Shown here piece by piece: positions 34,605 to 46,632 of a stretch of DNA of 64,000 nucleotides (positions within the stretch are counted from its first letter, which is position 1; each line of letters opens with the position of its first letter). Origin of the DNA: Macrostomum lignano. Taxonomy: Eukaryota. Location: positions 66,623 to 130,622 of the forward strand of contig NIVC01000294.1 in the NCBI GenBank assembly GCA_002269645.1, written 5' to 3'. A program made the translations under genes and the position numbers. Below the pieces are notes generated by a model that worked only from the letters and a program-made list of their open reading frames with translations, was not told where the DNA came from and made no database searches.

Positions 34605-35899
34605 ATCAAGTCTTTAATTGCTTGCAAAGCATTTTTTTTCAATCGCTAAGATTATGGCTGTGGTGTCTCGATAGACTAACACAGGAAACGCGAGTGATTA
34701 GGCAAGTGAGACGTTAGCCAAAAAAAGAGTACGCTCCAGTTAGGACAACCCGCGCTTATATTTGACATCCAACAATAAATTCTTACACGATCGATAAATT
34801 TGGCAACATTTATTGCCTCACATTTTGCATCACATTTACAATGACGTAGCTACTTACAGTAGAGTAGTAAGAAAAAATAACCCCTTTTAGATAGTTAGTA
34901 AAACTGCCCTTTTACGGGCTCCTTGCCACGACAAAACAATGGCCTCATCTGTTGTCTCTTTGGAAAGCTGGTGACAAAGTTGAAAAGCTGTTGGCATAAT
35001 GACATGACAAGCAGTTATTTTTGTTCTGAATGCCACCAAAACTAAATAAGTTGGTTTTTCTGTATGCTTCAAGCGATAGTCTATAAGGATATATATGTAC
35101 ATATACGTGTAGAAGATATGTTTTACAGAAGATCTGAGATTCAGCAGTGCGAGGGTAGAAATGCGTTGCTACTTCTCACAACAACTGCACTCATAGTGTA
35201 CGCATTTCCTCACCCATTGCTCAAGATGACAATGTGGCGCCACGGCCTATTATGAATGCAGCCGCATTTTCAGGGTTGCATGGTTGGCTGGAAAAGAAAC
35301 ACGCGCGGGACGGAATTGCACTTTCATGTACTAATGTACATTTAAGTACATATGTTCCAACACTTTGCTAAGCCTAACGCTTTGCTTGGTATATTCTCAC
35401 AACTTGCGCCAAATACTATAGCTATACTGGTCAGAAAAATAATCGAAGGTCGTTCATAAATTATGTAAAAAATAGTATACCATAACGAATGACTTACATG
35501 TACGTTGTATGTCACTCGTCTGAGCTGTGAACTCTGAAATTTCAAATGCGATTAGAATCATTCGATTAATTGCAGAATATACTCGCATTGCATGTGCAGA
35601 AGTCGTGCTTGTTCTCGATCTACATGACTGCCTGAGTGACACCAAACAATACACAAAGACGAGGTGTGAGTGTGACAGCAATGAATCATTGGGGTGACTC
35701 AGTATAGTAACATTATTTCATCTCGTTCTCAGGGGACATACATGTTAATCATCAGTGCTTAATGTCCTCTGTATATTTCTAGAAAAAACCTTCCCTAATT
35801 TCTCCGGGTATACGTGCTGGGCCACCGCCATCATCCCAGATCTTCAGTTGTTGAGAGACCCTTCCAGATCCTCGCAGTTAATAATCCTCCTAATAAAAT

Positions 35900-36890
35900 A
35901 GTATGAATACTAATTAATATTATTGCAAACAGTAGCAATGTGAATTATTGTCCGCCAGTGCAAGCGATTCATGAGAGGCGAAGACAACGTCACGGGGCGC
36001 GTTTCAGGCAGGGCCTTAGAGCGACCGTACGCCGCACCGCCGGCAGTGTCCGGGGCGTTGGCATCAACCAGCAGGCAGTCGACGAAATGCCGAGTGCTTA
36101 CCTGTCCCCGAGGGTAGTATGGTGCCTGCAGCATCAGCAACAGCACCGGCTGTGGTCACAGCACTCGGACTGCAGGACCCTCAAAGAATTCGGAAGGCAG
36201 CCCAGGCAAGTCCGCAAGATCGACGCCGAGGTAGACGGAACTGCTGATCGGACACTGGGAAAGCTTCATCACCTGCCCGTCAGCGCCTCGGCAGAAAATC
36301 GCAGAGTTGATGTCCCCCGGAATCACGGTCCTCTGTCCTCTGCGCGTTGACCACCAATCCGCGACGCTCGCCGCAACTCTCACCAGCCGGTCCAGCTGGC
36401 GCTCAGCGCCCTCGAAGGTCGAGGACAGCAAGGGGAGGTCGTCCGTGTAGCCAAGCACTCCCGAGCCGCCTCTATGATTGGCGTCGACCCAACGCGTCGC
36501 CGCAGCAGGATGCCGTTGTCTTTAAATTGAGTAGATCAGAGGAACGTCTGCAGCACCGAATAAAGCACCAGGACGAACGCGGGAACGCCGCAAGCGTATC
36601 TGCTTGAAACACCCCAGAGAATGTCTCTCAAAGATATCAGACAGGCCGTCCGGTGTCAGCACAGAAGGCAGCAGCGCTTGTGTCATGATACAGTACAGCG
36701 CCGGAAACCTGTTCTGCGGCGCTCGGATCAGACCGCAAATACGCGAACTGCAACCGCGATAGCAGCAGTTGAACAGACTGCAGGCTGATTTTCGGTGCTC
36801 CTCAATCCGTGTGTTTCCTGCAGCCGGCTTCTTTGGAATGGCGACGATGTGCACCGTGGGCCATATAATTCGTTTGGTGCCGCCTCACCG
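35900..36890 (-). mobile_element. Decayed non-LTR retrotransposon (LINE) reverse transcriptase
   Basis: Frameshifted remnants: HIVAIPKKP...EEHR, QNRF (~EQNGF), GVFQADTLA (~GVLQGDTLAP), LGYTDDLPLLSS (~YADD), and a C-terminal RHFVDCLL. Confidence 0.8.
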
Positions 36891-38318
36891 ACGAAAGCAC
36901 TCGGTTTATCACACTGGAGACCCCGCTCTTGCCTTGATAGAATACAATACTAATAATATTACCAATGTTAATGATATTAATAACAATAATAGTATTAATA
37001 ATAGCATAGCAATACCTGAAACAATAAATAAAAAATATAACATTGTTCATATGTGCATTGCGCTCACTGATTTTAAATAAAGCAGCAAAATAGTTTAACA
37101 AAGTATGATTTTGTCTATTTATTGCATTGATACCAACAGTACGAGTCACTCGTAATTCAAAATAGTTTTTTTACTGATTATTTTCGTTTTCTTTTTTTTC
37201 AGATTGATTATCTTAAATTTGGGTAGTCCTGTATTATTTAACTTGTATTATTTTAAGAAATGCAAGTTAATTAGCCGTAGACAAACGTCGTGCGCTCTTC
37301 TCAAATTCGTTAGGCCCTACTTTATGAAACGCACTTTATGATCTTTAATGGGCGATTTTAAGTTATTGCTCCTATGCCACTCGATAAATATACGTACTAC
37401 ATACTGCCGCTTTTAAAGTAAGATGAAGATTATTCCTTCAGTCCAATCCAGCAATGCTGGACTGTCCAGCTAGGCCCTGGCAAGTGTTTTAATATTTATT
37501 ATTAGGCCTAGAGGGCTATTATGCATTGCTGTAATGTGATTCAAAATAATTGTAATGTAATGTCCGCGGCACGCCTAGCAAATTACTGCGGCTGCCATGT
37601 GTGCTATGTAAATTGTAATTTAGTTTTTTCTAATACAAGCGGCACTTGGCTTTGGCCCATATAAAATTACTTAATTTGAGTAGGCCTAATACTAATAGAT
37701 CGTGAAACTGAAATCATGTCAGTTTAACTTTAACTTAAGGCCTACCCGCCTAGCCTAGTTAGTATTGTATGTATTAGTCAAACATAGTTACTTAGTTAGG
37801 CCCCTTTCTAGCCCTAGGCCTAGGTCTCCATGAAGATATAAATAGGCCTAGGTAATAATAATATTATTAATAATTAGGCCTAATTTAATATAAAAGTTAA
37901 AGACTTCAATTTCAATTCTATCTAGGCTATTTTGGTTATATTTTTATTAGTCTAGAAGTTAGAAGTCCCTATTATTTGTTTTAATGAAGGCCTAGGCCTA
38001 CCTTTAAGATGAAAGATTCAAATGGCAATAATAAATAATATAATAGGGGCCTTTGTTCAAGGTATAATCTAACAAAGATAAAATTTTATTTCCTAATAAA
38101 ATTATTGTCACTTTATTATAAAAGGGTCTAAACTCTAGTCTTGTTGTTGTTACTGTAATGTTTTATTATCAAAATGACTAATCTATCTAATTTGGCTAGA
38201 GGCTCAAGGCAAAGCCTAGGACTAATTTAATTTGATTAGAATTTCATTTTTAATTTTAGTTATGATCACAAAATAAAATTTTGGAACTTCAGTTCTACTA
38301 AAATAGAATTAATAAAAA

Positions 38319-39193
38319 TGTTGTAGGACTCTTGGCTTTCTGTCTAAGAATCTCACTGCTGCAACCAAAATCTGTTGTAAGGGGGGGGGTCGAGGGTTAT
38401 TAGAAATTTTCAGGGTTTCCTTAGAATTTGGGGCGAACTTCGCAATTTATACTACTAGCAGGAGTAAGCCGTAGGTTGCTCCTGGTGGCATGGTGTGTCC
38501 GAGCGGCAAGACACAGTTTCTATTCAGTCCGGGAGAATTGGATGGGGGGTAAAAGGCTTCGCGGTGGATTAGAGTTGCCTGGCGCGCTAGTGGGGAATTC
38601 TAGTGCTTAATAGGGAATGCTGGCGGGGAAGGTAGGCTGCTTCATTGGGAATTACATGGCGGAATTAGGAGTCTAATATTAAGGGAAAATTAGCCGGGGC
38701 GGCTTGGCAATCACTATGTCTAGGGAAGCGCGGGAAGGGTTTCTTGGGACTATTGTACGTCCGAGAAGAGGGGGGGGGGTTTGAGTGGGTTTGGATCGCT
38801 CTGGGGAGCGCTCGAGGGGAAGGGAGTGGCTGTACGCCTCTATCGTACGCTTCTCTGAGAAAAGGAAAGAAAGCTGACAAATCTAAGTTCTATTTTTAGC
38901 ACAACTGTTCATCTAGTGCTCGAGAACAGGAAAGAAGCTTGCATATACCAAGCCCGTCGGAAGGAGATGCTTTTCTACCGTATATTATAGCTCGCTTTTA
39001 TAGTAAATTTTGCCATCATGGCGTATACATTATAACAATAATATTTCGGTTTTAGCACTACAGACATGCATATATATAAAAATAGTGCTCAATGCAAAGT
39101 AATTGAATTTATGGAAATAATTGTATAGACTGAATAAGAATATAGGAGAAATAATGCGCGTAAATTACGTAGGCACGAGCTAAGGCTGTTACA
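38319..39193 (-). repeat. 3' LTR of element 1 (875 bp)
   Basis: Direct repeat of 46633-47508, with about 10 differences seen by eye, mostly transitions. Confidence 0.96.
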
Positions 39194-39211
39194 TCTGGCT
39201 TCCCTTAAGTA
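39194..39211 (-). promoter_or_regulatory. Polypurine tract of element 1
   Basis: On the minus strand, TACTTAAGGGAAGCCAGA immediately precedes the TG of the 3' LTR. Confidence 0.75.
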
Positions 39212-39391
39212 ATGAAATTGAATAAAGAATGAGTGAAGTTTTATTAAAACGAGACAACATATTGCAAAACATACTACAAATACAAAGGCAAACAAAGATA
39301 GAATAAGGCATATTGCAACAGAAAATAAAAGTTTTACTGCAAGGCAAAAAAGGTAAGTCTTGTACTACTGTAAGCGATATATTCTGTTCGT

Positions 39392-40435
39392 TCACATATA
39401 TTGTACCATAGCAGTAGGTAGTCTATCCTGATACGGCCAGCCACACTCAAGGCCGACCCATAGTACTTCAGTGCGGACACTTGCGCGGTTCGTCCAACCG
39501 TTGTTCAGCTCGTGGAGCGCGTAGGCTACGGCCCGCTTCCAGGCAGCAATGGCCTGATACGGCTGCATTCGCTGCAGCGCCTGAAGCGTGGGCCGCAGTG
39601 CCTCTCTAGTTGGCAGGGGCCTGCCGTCCAAGCGGAGTCGCCCCATGCTAATGATGTAGTCTTTTATGCTATTGGCCAGACGTCGGTACTCGTCACGCTG
39701 AGAGCTGGGCAATTGGATGATTGCGATGCTGAAATCACCACCAATTTCCTGCAGGGGATCATGCTCGGCGTTATCCATCAATGGCGGTATCAGAGCGACA
39801 GGCGACCTATTAGCTGGCTGGTGTTGGGGTCGCATGCCGTATTGCGGGGGTGGCGTTACCAACGGAGGCTGTCTCGGCGGCTGACTCATGACTGGGGACC
39901 TCGATGTTGGTCTCTGATTGCGGGATGATAAAACTGCTGGCGGCTATTGGACTGGTGATCTTGGCCGGGGCGACGAAGCAGTTGTCGGCGGTTTCTTAGC
40001 TATCGATTGCCGGGCTGGAGGCTGTTTGGCAGGTGACTTTGGTCTTGACCGGGGCGTTGCAATGGTCGAGGACGATTGGCGGGGTCCCAAACGATGCATG
40101 ACGCTAGTGCTGGGCGCCTGGCTCCGGGGTAGCATGATGGCAGTTTTGCTGTTCGGCGGCTGGCGTTTTGACATGGCTGGGGGAACTAACACTGGGGTAT
40201 CGGCCTGGCGACGCAATAGATCGGCGCGATCTTTCGGGGTCGTGCTTGGGGGCGCTCTTGGTTGAGTTACCACGGAGGCTAGGCGGGGTTTTGGTCCGGG
40301 CAGCTGGGGTCGAGTAGCCTGTCGATCTGGGATCGGCAGCTCATTTTCCTCATCACTGATGATTTCTCCTTCGTCACTAATGCTTAAACTCAACTCATCT
40401 TGCAGCCTTCTTAACTTCTCTGCTTCATCGGACAT
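39392..40435 (-). CDS. Extra ORF3 of element 1 (~347 codons, one in-frame TAG at 39944-39946), function unknown
   Basis: ORFs 39944-40435 and 39392-39889 are in the same frame, and the sequence between them is open apart from the single TAG. No signal peptide or TM segment. Confidence 0.7.
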
Positions 40436-40807
40436 ATCAAATTCAAGATAGCTGGATCAATAATTAGCGGGATAACAGAATAGTTTGTTTGCTTGTTGTG
40501 TAATCTCGGTTTCAAGTGTCTGTGTTATTATTCCCTTTGTTCCCATTCTTTTGGACTCCTCATTTTCGTGACTCATCCTGTTTTTCGTCTTCTTTGGGCT
40601 CTAGTTTCGCTTTGGGTCGATAAATTTAGAGGGTCTTTGTACATTAGCATTGCCCTGGGTGAGTTCTTTCTTTGTATAAAATTTGGGGTTGGTCACGCAA
40701 TTGGGGACGGCGAGAGGGCTAGAATTGGAGGTTGCGCAACAGACTGAGGGCTGTCAATAAGCGCTTTAGATGGCAGTCGCATCTTTGTCTGGCCTGGGTT
40801 GGGCGCC

Positions 40808-43800
40808 TTAGATTGTAGGGGGGGTGTGCACGGGCTCGGGATCTCGCGGGGCAGGAGAGGGGGGAAGGGATTGAGGGGCTTCTTCGTTCAAAGCTTCACT
40901 CTCTGAGTCATCATTTGCTTCTTCTTCTATCTGGGCTTCGGGCAATTCTTCTTCTATCTCTTCGTCGCTGTCTTCTCTTAGTAGACATCTCCAATTCATT
41001 TCTTCTTCGTCAGATGATTCTTCTGATTCAATTATTTCGGGTTCGGGTATTGACTTTGGTAGATTCTGGTGAGGGTTGCTTCCTTTGACTGGTAGTTTCC
41101 TCTTGGGTTTAGTTGAGGCGGGGGTAAGGGCGATAACAGGGGTGGAGATAGGGGTAGGAGCGGAAGCGGAATCAGGGGCGGAACCAGGGGCGGGAGCATC
41201 CTCCTGGCTTCCCTTAAGTAAAAGCTCTGTGGTGGAGTTAGGCACGGGTGTTAAATTGTCTCTATGCACTAGCATTTCTCTGCCAATCAGTTTGCCATCT
41301 TCTTCCTTCTGGATCTTAAATACGACTTCGGAAATTTGGGCTATAACTCGAAATGCTGATCGCTTCTTTCTATGGAACTTGTGTGATTCTTCGGCGTCTA
41401 ATTGGGGATTATTAATTAATGCAAGACAGCCTATGGGGACTCTCGGGGGAAGCTTATTGATTTCTGCGGCGGTCTTTCTCTTGTCAACTATCTTTTCCAA
41501 TTTCTTCTTTACTACTTTGTGGGCTTCTTCTAGTCTTTCAGCATGTTTGGTAATATAAGAGGGGTAATCGGCATGTTCGGCTGCGCTTCTGATTTGAGTA
41601 TCTAAGGGTAGAGTAGCTTCTCTGCCAAACAATAAAAAATGTGGGGAGAATCCTGTTGTTACATTGAGGCTGGTGCGGACGGCTACTAGAGCTGCGGGAA
41701 TTAGTAAATCCCAATCACCATGATCTTTATTGATCAAGCAGGTGATAATCGATTTAATTTGCTTGTTGAAACGTTCTACTAATCCGTTAGATTGGGCATG
41801 GTAAGGGGTAGTAAAAGTATGGCGAATGTTGTAGAGTTCGCAGAAAGCTTTAAATTGTTTGCTGGCAAAAGTTTTTCCATTGTCTGTGTGGATCCAGGTG
41901 GGCTGTCCATATTCTGCTACTATTCGTTCAAGTAGTATCTTGATGACCGTGTCGGATTTTTGGTTTTTAATGGGAAAAGCAAAGGGGTATCTAGTTGTGC
42001 TATCAACAACAGTTAAAACATATTTATGACCTCGTTTGCTTTCTTTTGAGATTGGGCCAATGATATCTATATGCAGGCGGCTAAATGCTTCGCCAATGGG
42101 GAATGACTGGACTGGGGCTTGAACAAAATGTCCTTTCTTGCTCTCAAGGCAGGGGATACACTCAGCAATTAACTGCTCAACTGAGGTGCTTAGTCCAGGT
42201 CGCCAAAATCTTTCTCTTATTCTCTGGAGCGTTTTATCTCTTCCTAGATGTCCTGCGAGGGGGCTGCAATGTAGGTCAGTAAAGACTGCTTTATCTAAGG
42301 ATGGGGCAAAACTACTTTGGTTTTTCCGTCTTCGGCAATTGTCAATAACTCGTTATCGATTTTCATCAGTGCATAATGCTTACTGATTTTCTCTGGCACG
42401 TCCGGTGATTTGGGGAGTTGGCTCAACTTCTGTTTCTTGGCTTCTAACAGAGCTTTGATGATGGGGTCAGCAGCTTGGGCTTCTTGGATTTGTTCTTTCT
42501 TCAGGGGGCTGGGAAGATAATCAGTTAACAATTTCTCGCACTTTCCTGTCTCCTTTTCTGCTTCTACTTCTCTACCTGAGACAATTAGCTTTGTCCTAGA
42601 TTCGGGACATTCAGGCTGGGTCTCGCTTTCTGTCAGGGCTTCAGGTGACTGGGACATGGGGTTGTCCTTAGTTTCAGCGGGAGCACTCTCATTTCTCAGG
42701 GGAACAGGGGTTAGCTTCTCAACTTTCTCAGGGATTGGCTCAGTTTTCTCAGGAATCGCTTCAGGTACTTCAGGGGTTTCAAGGATCGCTTCAGCAGGCT
42801 CAGTGGCTGTGTCAGGGACTTCAGAAACTTCAGGTGCTGTTTCAGCAAGTTCAGGGGCTACTTCAGGGGATACTTCAGGGGCTTCAGCTATCTCAGCTGG
42901 TCTTCTCGACAATCCGTCGGCATTGGAATGTTTTGCGCCGCTTCTGTGTTCAATGTCGAACCTGAATTCATTTAGGTGCTCTATCCATCTTCCTAGGATT
43001 CCGGTTGCTTCTGTCTGTCTCATGAGCCAAATAATCGCTTTATGATCAGTTTGGGCTAAGAATTTCTTGCCAATCAGATAAAATCTGAAATGCCTCATAG
43101 CGTCGACAAGGGCTAACAATTCTTTCCGGGTAATGGGGTATCGTTTCTCTGATTCCTTCATTGCTCTACTAAAATAGGCTATTGGTCGCTCTATGCCATC
43201 ACTCTGGATTTGGCCAAGGCATGCGCCAATCCTGTCGTCACTGGCATCTGTGTCAAGCACCATCTTCACATTTTCATCTTCGACATACTCGGGGTAGGCT
43301 AACACTTCAGTGGACATCATTCGCTGCTTCAGGGACTCAAAGGCTTCGTCATGCACTTTGCTCCACTTAGATTGGAAATTCTGGACTCCTTTTCGAGTCA
43401 ATTGGAATAGGGGGTGAGCCACTTCGGCATAATTCTTCACAAATCGGCAATAATAATTGCATAGGCCAAGAAAACTGCGTAGTTCTTTTACGTCTTTGGG
43501 ACGGGGCCAAGTTTGGATAGCTTCAATCTTCGTCTTGTCTGTTTGAATGCCTTGTCGGCCAATCACGTGTCCTAGATATTTCAACTCGTGATGGAAAAGA
43601 TTGCACTTCTTGGGTCTCAACTTCAGACCTGCGGCAATTAGTCGCTTAAATACTTCTCTTAAGTGCTCTAAATGGTTGGCAAAGGTTTGGGAGTAGGCTA
43701 TTATGTCATCTATATAGGACATGGTGAACTTATGTTGGATTCCTAATAGGACTAAATTCATTAGGCGTTGGAAGGTTCCGGGGGCATTGGAAAGTCCTTG

Positions 43801-45570
43801 GGCCATTACTTGGTATTCAAATTGGCCTCTAGTTAGGGTGGAGAAGGCGGTTCGATGTTTGTCTTCTTCTTTGATGGGGACTTGCCAGTATCCTGAGTTT
43901 AAATCAAGGCTACTAAAGTATTGGCTACCAGTTAGGTGGGAGAAGGTCTCTTGAATATTGGGGAGGGGGTAGGGGTAGTAATTAACTCTTGAATTGAGCA
44001 CTTGGAAATCGCTCACGATTCTAATGGAACCATCTTTCTTGGGGACAATTACTAGGGGGGTGGAGTAGGTTGAATAGCAGGGTCTAATTAAGTTTTTGGC
44101 TAACATATCGTCTAATTGGGTGTCAACTTGCTTTTGCAAGTGTGGGGGGATGCGTCTAGCTGGGATTCTAACGGGAGTGGGGTCTTTAATAGAGATTTCG
44201 TGAGTTACTAAGTGGGTCAGGCCCATGTCTAATTCATTCTGGAAAAAGGCTTCACGGTTCTCTTTCATTAAGTCGATGACTGCTTTTCGCTGTTCATCCG
44301 ACAGTTCAGGGCCAAGGCTCACTTCATTAATCCAGGAATCTTCAGTACATTGAGTCTGGTTGACTTTCACAGGGGGTTGGGGGTTGGGAGTTGGGATTTG
44401 CCAATAGGTTAAGTCCTTGGCTTTCATAGGTCTGGCTAAGCCAATTAGGGAGGTTTTAGTTAGATTCACGTCTACAGGGTGACGATTAATAATCTCGACA
44501 ATTCCTTTGCCTTCTTTCATGGTTACTAGGGTCGGAACCATTTCTAGGGAGAAATCACGGGTTCGGACAGTATCGCCAATGGCTTCAATGGTCATGGGGG
44601 TGCCATAATTCGATTCACAATTCTTGGCTAATTTCACGGGTATTCGAAGGGCACTATTAGCTGGGATGATTACTCTTTCTTGAGTATAAACTCGACAAAC
44701 TTTCACGGGTAGGCGGGTATACTGCATGGGTATACAGGTACCTTCATTAAGCACTAGCATTCCTTTGGCTAGCTGAATGCTTTCACATTGGGATAGGAAA
44801 AATTCCATACCTAGAATATTGTCACAATCATGTCGGCATAGGAGGAAATCAACTTCGATTTGGATATCCCCAAACTTCACTTGGGCGGATACCTCTCCTT
44901 CTAATTGAATAGGGGTACCGTCAAATGTACTAATGCTTTTGCTAGTGTCTCGGATTTGATCGGCACGGAATAGCTTAGACCAGGTTGAACGGCTCAGGAA
45001 ATTATTTCTGGCGCCTGTGTCTAACAAGAAATCAATCGATTCTTTCTGGATATCGCCGACAATTACAGCTTCATAGCCTTCTAGCTTAGTCAGGTCGATT
45101 TGGGATGGGGAATTGGGTTTTGGCTTTTGTCGCTTCTTTGAGCGGGTTTCAGCACTGGATAGAGCATTATTGACTTTAATCGCATGGGATACATGGGGTG
45201 CAAGCGCAGTGGGTACATGGGGTGCGGACGCGTGATGAGCAGAAATCGCATTGGTTACATGGGAAGCAGTCGCATGAGCTGTAGTCGCATGGGGGTCATT
45301 GTACACATGGGGGTCATGGGGGGCAATTGGCGTATCATCGATTTCGTCGCAAGCAAGTAATGAGAAGTTATTGGGTGAAGTAAATATCGCATTATTCACA
45401 GGCATTGGCTGTACATGAGAGGTTTTGCGGGGGTAGCGGAAACCGTACTGGGGAGGTTGCCGGTATTTTGGTTGGGGGGCAATTTCGAATGATGGGGAGG
45501 CCGGAGAGTAAGCAGAATTTTGGCCTGAGGGGTGTGGCCTCTTAACTCGACCCTGGCTTCTCAGTTTCCC
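40808..45570 (-). pseudogene. pol: pol of element 1 (PR-RT-RNase H-IN), one frameshift near 42300
   Basis: PR LLDTGA; RT LDLNSGYWQ and YIDD; RNase H DTDASD...ELLA; IN HCSPLAGH...CIPC, IDII, TDNG and VERF. The IN frame is open from ~42300 to 40808. Confidence 0.95.
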
Positions 45571-46550
45571 GACTTCTGGGAGTCACGGGGGTTGCGGAAC
45601 TTCAGCGGCTCATATCTGGGATTGGGGGGCTGACGCTCATTCCTTCTTGGGGGTTCACGCCTTGGCGGTTGGTTCATCAGCTGGGGCCTGTACTGCTGCT
45701 GAGGTTGCGGCCTGTACTGCTGCTGGGGTGGCTGTCTGTACAGCTGAGGGTTTGGCTGTCTGTACTGCTGAGGAGGTGGCTGCCTATACTGTTGCTGGGG
45801 GAACACCTGAGATGGCGGAGCGCATTGCACTGTTTCGGCCAGTTGTTTCTGCAGGTTCTGAATAAGCCTTTCTTGGCGGTCAATCTTAGTCTGCTGGTCA
45901 ATGATCAACTGATCGGTTCTGACCTTGTGCTCCTCTTTTTCTTCCTTAGTCACTCGGATTCCACCTTTGTGGGACATTTGGTAAGCTGCTTCAATTCTGC
46001 GCAGCATTCTGCGGGCGGCTTGGAGACTAGCCGGTTGGGCAAAGATCAGCTTCTCACGGGTGTCGGGAAGGGTTCTCACACCTTAAATGAACTGTTCGAC
46101 CAGTTCTTCTTCTCTCTGCTCAGCATCCATATTTAGGAATGCGCAGGAGGCTAATTCAATCAAAGCATCGGCAAAACTGTCAGTGGATTCGTTTCTGCCT
46201 TGGCAGCGATTCCTAAACTCTTCGCGAAATTCAGCGGAGCTACCTACTTTTCCAAATCTTTCGATCAATCTTTCTTTGAACTCTTCATAGGGGAGATTAG
46301 CTGGGAGGTTGAGGCGTTGAACTGCTGCAAACGCAGTACTCAGGTCTAGATTGGTAAGCAGTTCCTGCTTCCGGTTTTCTTCTTCTATGCCTTCATTTTC
46401 ACATCTCTGGTCAAATGCGGTGAGCCAGATTCTGATATCTTGGCTGGGAAGGTACTTCTGGATCTTCACATGTCTGAGGGGACCTAATTCTAAGTGGTTG
46501 CGGAGCTCTTCAGCTAAGAGCGCAAGGGCTTCCTTGATTCCTGCGGCCAT
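45561..46550 (-). pseudogene. gag: gag of element 1, with an in-frame TAA at 46083-46085
   Basis: Retrotransposon gag-like W..AF...C...EF..RCQGRNES...FADAL..LA. ORFs 46083-46550 and 45561-46079 are in frame. The C-terminus is QQYRQP-rich. Confidence 0.9.
45564..45570 (-). promoter_or_regulatory. -1 ribosomal frameshift slippery heptamer G GGA AAC
   Basis: It lies directly before the gag TGA, and the -1 frame is open from here into the pol ORF at 45405. Confidence 0.8.
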
Positions 46551-46615
46551 TGTGCTTCAGGGATTGGGATGGGAAATTAGGCTGGGATGCGCGTTTCTCC
46601 AGATTCTAATCCTTT

Positions 46616-46628
46616 ACCGCTGCCACCA
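46616..46628 (-). promoter_or_regulatory. Primer-binding site, tRNA-Leu(AAG/TAG)-type
   Basis: TGGTGGCAGCGGT, 4 nt inside the 5' LTR, is complementary to the tRNA-Leu 3' end ACCGCUGCCACCA. Confidence 0.85.
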
Positions 46629-46632
46629 AATC

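Noticed and set aside
39392-40435. ORF3 as an envelope gene
   Set aside because: It has no signal peptide, furin site or transmembrane anchor.
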